64,000 bases of DNA from Candidatus Heimdallarchaeota archaeon (GTDB taxonomy: Archaea; Asgardarchaeota; Heimdallarchaeia; Hodarchaeales; Hodarchaeaceae), in NCBI GenBank assembly GCA_020353515.1, contig CP070695.1, forward strand, positions 2,279,155-2,343,154. Reading direction: 5' to 3'. Shown here one piece after another: positions 57,681 to 64,000 of this stretch; positions within the stretch are counted from its first letter, which is position 1, and every line of letters begins with the position of its first letter. The translations under genes and the position numbers were made by a program. Below the pieces are notes generated by a model, which ran no database searches, was not told the origin of the DNA, and saw nothing but the letters and a program-made list of their open reading frames with translations.

Positions 57681-58805
57681 TCAATCCAGAGGGATAAAAG
57701 TAGTTTGCAGGTTGTCATAAGTCGGATATTCTTCAGCAATTCCTAGTATTACATCTGGAAATAGTACCCTGATTTCATCTTTCAATTCGTCCAGTATAGC
57801 CGCGTTTGTAAGAAGACGGTTCTTTGAATGGTCAATATGAATTATTTCTTCTTGGATTTCCAATTCATCAATTAATGTCCTGTGAAGTTCATCTAAATCC
57901 GTTGATGGCGATTGAATAACACCCCGCAGCAATAATCCCTTATCTGAGCCATCAGGGATTATCACATCAGAGGGAAGCTTAGTTTTCTTAGCTATTCGAT
58001 ATATACGATTTGGTAATTGTATTCTATCCTTGGTAGCTAATGAACAGAAATGTACTGGGAGAGACACATGATTTGAGGCCCAATTAACTATTTTTTCACC
58101 TAGTTCATAACTTCCTTCGACAGCTGATGGATTTTTTTCATTAGATTTGAGTCCCCGAGCTATTAAATTCCGATAATTAGTTTCACTAATTTCTAGTTCA
58201 TTTAGATTGATGAAATAGAATTGGTCTTTTGCTGGGAGAATATCCTCAAAGTAGGTAATAAGGTCACGATAGTAATTAAATCCTTTCGTTGGGATCACTG
58301 GAACTTCTATTCCAATGTCCAGATCGAATTGAGTAGCTAATTGAACTTGAACGAGATCCTTTTGAATATTTACAACATGAAATCTGATTTCATCAATAAA
58401 AGGACTCATAAGAGAAAGCTTTTCGAATGTAAGCTCTTTTCCTCTTGTGTATAGGTGAATGTGGAAGGACTCTGAGTATAACTGTTTTAAAATTCTACAA
58501 AATTCTAACGTTTGTGAAAAAGAATGTTGCTCTAGTGGATCTCCTCCAGTCATGCTGGCTCCTCTAGCCTCCATATTTGAGGCTTCGAGTGTTAAGTCCT
58601 CGACATTTTTTATCGGTCTCTCATTAGCAAACGGATCTCGAGAAGCCATTCGTTCTAAACTTAAAGGGCAGTAAAAACATTTACTGGAACAATCCGTTGC
58701 AACTAAAACAACAAGTTTTTCCCCTCCAATACATTGTTGGCATCCTCGCGAGAGAGATGATGTATAAAAGCTTCCCCAAGGCGTTTTTTTCAATTTATCA
58801 GTCAT
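57681..58805 (-). CDS. Archaeal radical SAM protein (COG2108-like)
   Basis: GCQQC..GEKLV, CSSKCFYCPLS, ANERP, TGGDPL, FINLNELE. Confidence 0.88.
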   Translation of the reverse strand: MTDKLKKTPWGSFYTSSLSRGCQQCIGGEKLVVLVATDCSSKCFYCPLSLERMASRDPFANERPIKNVEDLTLEASNMEARGASMTGGDPLEQHSFSQTLEFCRILKQLYSESFHIHLYTRGKELTFEKLSLMSPFIDEIRFHVVNIQKDLVQVQLATQFDLDIGIEVPVIPTKGFNYYRDLITYFEDILPAKDQFYFINLNELEISETNYRNLIARGLKSNEKNPSAVEGSYELGEKIVNWASNHVSLPVHFCSLATKDRIQLPNRIYRIAKKTKLPSDVIIPDGSDKGLLLRGVIQSPSTDLDELHRTLIDELEIQEEIIHIDHSKNRLLTNAAILDELKDEIRVLFPDVILGIAEEYPTYDNLQTTFIPLD

Positions 58806-58854
58806 ATAAATCCCTTCTCAGTGACTAGGAAAAACAGTTTTCCCCTGTAATGAT

Positions 58855-59154
58855 TCACTCAGAAAATTCCCAAAATAACACTTCAAAGTGATCTCCATGA
58901 GAAATAACTTTAAAGTACCCTGGGAGATCAGCTTGGCCTAAAATTTTCTTTGTATAGAATTTAATTTTTCGAGAGGGTAATCCTTCAATTTTTAAAGTCT
59001 TCCCTTCTTTTGTAGCCTTAATATTTTCTTTTTCTTGAATTAAAGCTATAATATCATCAATTAATTCGGATTTTGGAATCTTTGAGAGATCGACTTTTAC
59101 CATAAGGATTTCTCCATTTTCTGGAATTTTTTGAGTAGACACCTTTAACGTCAT
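58855..59154 (-). CDS. Ribosomal protein eL22-like
   Basis: SRKIKFYTKKILGQADL.GYFKVIS resembles eL22 SKRYLKYLTKKYLKK..LRDWLRVVA; size is consistent. Confidence 0.7.
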   Translation of the reverse strand: MTLKVSTQKIPENGEILMVKVDLSKIPKSELIDDIIALIQEKENIKATKEGKTLKIEGLPSRKIKFYTKKILGQADLPGYFKVISHGDHFEVLFWEFSE

Positions 59155-59204
59155 CGTATCAAGCCCTTCTGCTCACATCTACGTGACAACGGCAGTCTAT
59201 CTCG

Positions 59205-59603
59205 TTATGTGCAAAGATGTTCATCCAACTGATAGTGTTGGTAGTCTTGCACTATTAAATTTGCGATCACCAATAAATGGTTTCGTAGTGATGTGTGTCC
59301 GTGTTCTAACGATTCATTCAAACAATTTAATTCTTTATTTAAATAAATGTAGCAATACAATTTCCAAATGTTGGTACTGACCTCCTTTATTTCAATTGCT
59401 AGTTGTTTGAAGTCAATATTTTCTGTTGAATACCAATTATATCTATTATTTCTTGGTGAGCGTATTTTACGTGTTATTCCTGCAGCTATTCGGTCGTATT
59501 TTTGAAAGGTTTGGATTAGTGGACAGTTTATTTCCTCATGATGTTATCTTAACAATTTCATCAATTCCAAATCCTCTAATTCTGTTTCAACATAGATCGT
59601 CAA
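59205..59603 (-). pseudogene. Hypothetical ORF interrupted by one in-frame TAA (59544-59546)
   Basis: A 133-codon frame (MTIYVETELEDLELMKLLR*HHEEINCP...DEHLCT*) fills the gap between co-oriented genes. Confidence 0.6.
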
Positions 59604-59617
59604 AGATTATGATCTCA

Positions 59618-60550
59618 TTAAAATTCAGGAATCAAAGGAACCGATCGTGCATAATTTGAAGCTTGATAATAGAAGGTTACTTTTTCAATCGCGTCTACAG
59701 AGAGATTAGTTTCTTGAAATATTTCTTGAATCGAGAAACCTGATTCTAATCTTATTAAAATGCGATCGACATCTTCAGAATTCAATCCAAAAAAGAAGTT
59801 ATAGGCTGGAGGTTTTTTGAATTCCTTTGTAGTTAAATATTCTCGAAACCCAAGATGTTCAGCTAGTTGAATGACTTGAGTTCGGTAAATATTGGCCAAT
59901 GGTAAAAAATCACAAGCATGATAAGTACCAAACTTTGTAAAAAATCCTAAAAGCCATTCACTTTTGTTCGTAGAGCCAATGACGGATTTATTTTCTGTCT
60001 CTCCTAGTAAGAATGCTAATAACACACTTAAGCGAATTTGACTTTTATGATAGGCAATGGTGTTCTGAATGAAGTTCTCTCGTGGTGATGATGGTTTTTT
60101 CATGGGAGGAAAATAAGTTTTCTCTTGAATTTCTGGAGCAGCCATACTTCTCAAAAGAAAATAACTCAAATTATAATTAAGAAGAGGACTAGTGTCATAA
60201 AACATTGGCCTTCTTTCATAAAAAATTTTCCTAATCTCTTTGAGGGCTCCTTCCATGTTAATAAACACAATATTCTCCTTAGGAAGGTTAATAAATCGAT
60301 TTATTTCTGCTAAAGACATTCTTTCCTTTGGTGCCTTGTAAATAAATCGTCCTCTAGTCACTATAAGTTTAATATTCTCATTTCCTACTATTTCTTTAGC
60401 AATGTGAACATTGATTAATGATTCGATACAATCACTAAATATTACGACAAGTCCATTGATATCTCTTTGCTCTAGCTTGACACGAATAAAATCAATGATT
60501 TTTGCTTTAATATCAACTGGATCAATTCTAAGATTGTTATCAATTGTCAT
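59618..60550 (-). CDS. NAD synthetase (NadE)-like protein with degenerate PP-loop
   Basis: GSTNKSE..LGFFTKFG...D.LPL..IY.TQV..LA..LG is present; SGGxDS is replaced by SDCIES. Confidence 0.8.
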   Translation of the reverse strand: MTIDNNLRIDPVDIKAKIIDFIRVKLEQRDINGLVVIFSDCIESLINVHIAKEIVGNENIKLIVTRGRFIYKAPKERMSLAEINRFINLPKENIVFINMEGALKEIRKIFYERRPMFYDTSPLLNYNLSYFLLRSMAAPEIQEKTYFPPMKKPSSPRENFIQNTIAYHKSQIRLSVLLAFLLGETENKSVIGSTNKSEWLLGFFTKFGTYHACDFLPLANIYRTQVIQLAEHLGFREYLTTKEFKKPPAYNFFFGLNSEDVDRILIRLESGFSIQEIFQETNLSVDAIEKVTFYYQASNYARSVPLIPEF

Positions 60551-60715
60551 CCTTATTCTCCTTTATTAAATAATGTGAATTTTCCCCCTTATATTTATTT
60601 CAATCCCTGTCACATTCAAATTATATTCATCATTCTTTCAATATGAAGAGTAATAAGGAGGCGAATAATTTTTAGAAAAAAAATAAAAGTGATGTGCTCA
60701 CTATGATAAGTAACA

Positions 60716-62137
60716 ATGATTTCATCGAGGTTGTCAACAAATCGGATAAAACAGATACTACTAATTTTCTTTTTTATTGTAATATTAAGTTTTTTAATAA
60801 TTTTTTATTTACTAAATCCACGTATTGGAAAAATGGTTATTTTTTCGCTTGTTTTTATTGTCGCTTTCCTCCTTGTTGCGAAATATCATCATGAACAACT
60901 TACTATCATCTTAGTTTCTTGCTTAATCGTGTTAACTTTAGCAATTTTTTTGTTAGAAGACTTTACTTGGAATAATGTGGTTGATCACTATATAGAATGG
61001 GAAGTTCTAGCTGTAGTTTTTGGTATGTCACTCCTAGTCGAAACAATATCCGATACAGGATTGTTTGACTGGTTAATCATAAGAATCTTGAAGATTTCTA
61101 AAGGAGAGGTTTTCCCCCTGTTCGTTCTGACCTTTATATTAACGATTTTATTATCATCTGTGCTAGCCAACGTTACAGCAATGATTCTCGTTGGTTCAAT
61201 GATTATAACGACTTGTAAAGGTCTTGACTATGATCCTACTCCCTTTATACTTGGTGCTGTTCTTGCTACTGACCTTGCTGGTATGTCAACAGTAGTATCT
61301 TCTTTACCTGCAATTTTAGTAGGAGCAAAGGCGGAAATAGGTTTTATTGAATTTCTTGTAGTTTCATTACCATTTGTGGTTTTGTCTATTCCATTATGTA
61401 TTTTTTACTTGAAAAAATTCTTTCCCCCAGAGAAAATTCCACTAAAGGAAAAATCAAGTATTGACACTCAAATGATTTTATCTTTAGATCCATGGGTAGT
61501 AGTAGATGATATTACGAAATTCAGGTTAGCATTCGTCTCATTAGCAATAACAATTATCGGATTTGCTCTTGCTCAACCCATGAATATACCTATTGGGGTT
61601 GTAGCTATCTCTGGTGGAATAATTGCAATTGTACTTACAAGGCCAAATGAACATGAACTAATTGGAAAACTAAATTGGAGTGCTCTACTTCTGTTTGCAG
61701 GACTCTTTATTTTAGTTGGCACATTAGAAGAGACTGAAGTGTTAATTGACATTGCTCACTGGCTTAAAGAGATAAGTGGAGGCGATCTTTTTCTTTCTGG
61801 TATTCTTATTCTTATAATTACAGGATTTTTCAGCGGCCTCCTAGACAACATTCCTGTCACAGCAGCACTTATTCCAGTAGTAGAAGATATGAATACAGCA
61901 TATATTGATTCTAATCCTCGGTATCTCTGGTTTATCTTAGTTTTTTCTGGGGCGCTGGGAGGAGGTTGGACACCTTTTGGTTCCGCAGCAGGAATTTTGG
62001 CTGTCTCTTTTCTTGCTAAAAAACGACGTCCATTGGAGTTTAAAACGTTCGTCCTTTGTCTTCTACCCATATCTGTTGTCCTATTAATCCTTAGTGGGAT
62101 CTATCTTTCAATCCTAGCCTTAGCAGGTTTCATTTAA
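60716..62137 (+). CDS. ArsB/NhaD/SLC13 (ion transporter superfamily) permease
   Basis: TGLFDWL, SSVLANVT, SGLLDNIP, LGGGWTPFGSAAG; many TM segments. Confidence 0.85.
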   Translation: MISSRLSTNRIKQILLIFFFIVILSFLIIFYLLNPRIGKMVIFSLVFIVAFLLVAKYHHEQLTIILVSCLIVLTLAIFLLEDFTWNNVVDHYIEWEVLAVVFGMSLLVETISDTGLFDWLIIRILKISKGEVFPLFVLTFILTILLSSVLANVTAMILVGSMIITTCKGLDYDPTPFILGAVLATDLAGMSTVVSSLPAILVGAKAEIGFIEFLVVSLPFVVLSIPLCIFYLKKFFPPEKIPLKEKSSIDTQMILSLDPWVVVDDITKFRLAFVSLAITIIGFALAQPMNIPIGVVAISGGIIAIVLTRPNEHELIGKLNWSALLLFAGLFILVGTLEETEVLIDIAHWLKEISGGDLFLSGILILIITGFFSGLLDNIPVTAALIPVVEDMNTAYIDSNPRYLWFILVFSGALGGGWTPFGSAAGILAVSFLAKKRRPLEFKTFVLCLLPISVVLLILSGIYLSILALAGFI

Positions 62138-62343
62138 AATCAATAAAGAAAGTGTTGATGTTTAACTCATAATAAATAATAACACAATTTTAGAGTTGTT
62201 GCAAGATTATTGTGAATCCACTACTATCATTTGTGAAAATTTCTGGAACACTTTGAATCTAATTTTCTCTTTTTAATTAATCAACCAGAAGAATATAAGA
62301 AACTTAACTTCGTTTTCTATATCAAATTTTTTTTGGTAAAATT

Positions 62344-63158
62344 CTATTCTAATGGAGGGAAAATTAGAACGTTCGATGTTTGATTGCACAACGAGAGTAT
62401 GATTCTTTGAGCATCATTTTCAATTATTTTCAATGCTTGAAACAAAATTAGAGCATCAGCTTCCTCTGACATTAAATTGCAGAATTCCTTTAAAGCAAAT
62501 TGACCATCCATAAATTTAATTCTGATATCTTCAGTGAAACTCTTTAATTTTTCTTCAATAATTTCCATATAAGTTTTCACTCACTCAATTTTCTTTTCAG
62601 ATAGTTCTGAATAGTATAAACTGACTTCTGCATCTCTTGACATGAGCGCAAATAACCATCTAAAAAAATCTTTTCTAAATATAGATTTTCTTATAAGCAC
62701 CTTAATGTTACCAAAATTTTTTGAGTGTGTCGAACAAGATATATTGGGATAGAATTCTCCATTAAGCATTTATTTATCATATTATCTATTGTTGTGCCTA
62801 AACAAGTATTAGATTGTTTTTCCTCTGGAGCAAATAAAGTAAAAGGAACTGGAATAATAATAAAATCAATTTTACGTTGATTTAGAATCTCTTCAATGCG
62901 AAAGAATGGAGCTTTTTCTTCATCAGTTAAAAATGCAACGTCAAAAAGTTCATCTTCACCATGAAATTCCCGTTTCACTTTTTCGATTAGTATAGGAAGA
63001 GTTTCAAGTTTAATTCTAGCTTCTTTTACTTCCCCATCTTTCATGAAACTGTTTTATCAAGTGAAAAATGAATTCTTCACGGTTGAATCAACAAATCTTA
63101 GAGAATTCCTAGATTTAAAAGCAAGCTCTAAATATATGTTTGAGATTCTCTTGATCAT
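62344..63158 (-). pseudogene. Fragmented gene, possibly universal-stress-protein-like
   Basis: ORFs 62691..63044, 62581..62769 and 62344..62580 join via a frameshift near 62720 and an in-frame TGA at 62581-62583, with two more stops upstream. D.IIIP...LGTT.D....PIYLV is USP-like. Confidence 0.6.
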
Positions 63159-63276
63159 GCTTACCCAGTTTTCCCATCTTTTTCAACTTCAACAAGTGTA
63201 TTAGTAATCGCTAAGTAACGTATGTTATACTAAAAATACTAAGATTAAGCAAGCTACCCCATAAAATCGAATCAAG

Positions 63277-63813
63277 TCAATTGAGGTCAGAAAAGGAAGA
63301 ATCAGTGAGAGTATTATCGAGATAACTGAGGAGAAGTTCAAGATTGTAATTGTTTCTTTCTCCAATCAAATTTGATTCAAATGCAATGAATTTTGAGCAT
63401 TCATGATTTTGTTTTGATGGTGATAACCGATTATACGAGCATGCACGGCTAATATCTAGAACTACTGATTCAAATGGTTTAGATAATAAATCTTGGCGCA
63501 CTTGAGATTCAGAGAAAAGACCATTGGCTAATCCTGAAGAAATGATGGGCTCAGCTTTCATTATATAACCTAATAAGCAATCAACATGAGTGATATATCC
63601 TTCCTCGTTCCCAACTACAATTTTTTGTTCAAAAAGCTCCTCAATCGTAATTCTTCTCCCACAATGAGAACATATCAACCCACCTCCGTTGATAATGAGG
63701 TCATAAACCACAAATAGATCAATTTCACTTTCGTCGATGTCCAATTGCCTCATTACTCCAGTTATCAACCTGTTGGGGCTTTTTAGATTCAGGACGAACG
63801 GATAAACACTCAT
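63277..63813 (-). CDS. Hypothetical protein with CxxC...HxxC zinc motif
   Basis: CSHCGRRI...THVDCL. Confidence 0.6.
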   Translation of the reverse strand: MSVYPFVLNLKSPNRLITGVMRQLDIDESEIDLFVVYDLIINGGGLICSHCGRRITIEELFEQKIVVGNEEGYITHVDCLLGYIMKAEPIISSGLANGLFSESQVRQDLLSKPFESVVLDISRACSYNRLSPSKQNHECSKFIAFESNLIGERNNYNLELLLSYLDNTLTDSSFSDLN

Positions 63814-64000
63814 TATTTATAGTATTTTCTATCAATTTCAAAACTGAATTAATATGCCTCTTACCTTTTCATTATTTAAATTGAACTGAATAAGTTATTG
63901 GACTATTATAAGGATCTCTTGGTTAGGGTAATTGAACATTAAGTTTTCTTTAACTAGATGCATTCGCTTTCAAGTAAAAAAGTATATTTGAACTAACCAC

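Noticed and set aside
62581-62583. In-frame TGA as a selenocysteine codon
   Set aside because: The same gene has a frameshift and further stops, there is no redox-motif context, and no SECIS was recognised.
1-64000. CRISPR array, integrase, transposase, prophage or reverse transcriptase
   Set aside because: No regularly spaced repeats or recognisable motifs were found.

Overview
An AT-rich archaeal chromosomal segment, most likely Asgard (Heimdallarchaeia/Hodarchaeales-like). This is inferred from an eL22-like ribosomal protein, a eukaryote-type site-2 protease, an Urm1-like protein and an FtsZ with an amphipathic tail, alongside an archaeal histone, Rpo12, LonB and DnaG. Most genes are housekeeping: split B12 acyl-CoA mutase, rpo12, aIF1, map, acs, cofE, argF, coaD, dnaG, rpl10e, pth2, pelota, hypA/hypB, ftsZ, TrmG10, lonB and radical SAM enzymes. 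There is also a MoxR/DUF58/DUF4350/DUF4129 cluster with a 1720-aa surface protein and a tandemly duplicated FtsX-type ABC cassette. The ORF track misses the RNA content: five tRNAs carrying five BHB-type introns at four positions, three C/D-box guide sRNAs (one predicted to guide Cm34 of tRNA-Leu(CAA)), and an unassigned ~230-nt structured RNA between dnaG and coaD that contains UAACCCUAAC, nearly the vertebrate telomerase template. Two accessory cassettes are each bracketed by a decayed duplicate of the upstream gene's 3' end, with no integrase in view. Other oddities: a coiled-coil protein with three PRC-barrel-like repeats, a mutase with isobutyryl-CoA mutase signature residues, a NadE paralogue lacking its PP-loop, and two pseudogenes. 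All calls come from reading motifs by eye; no searches were run.
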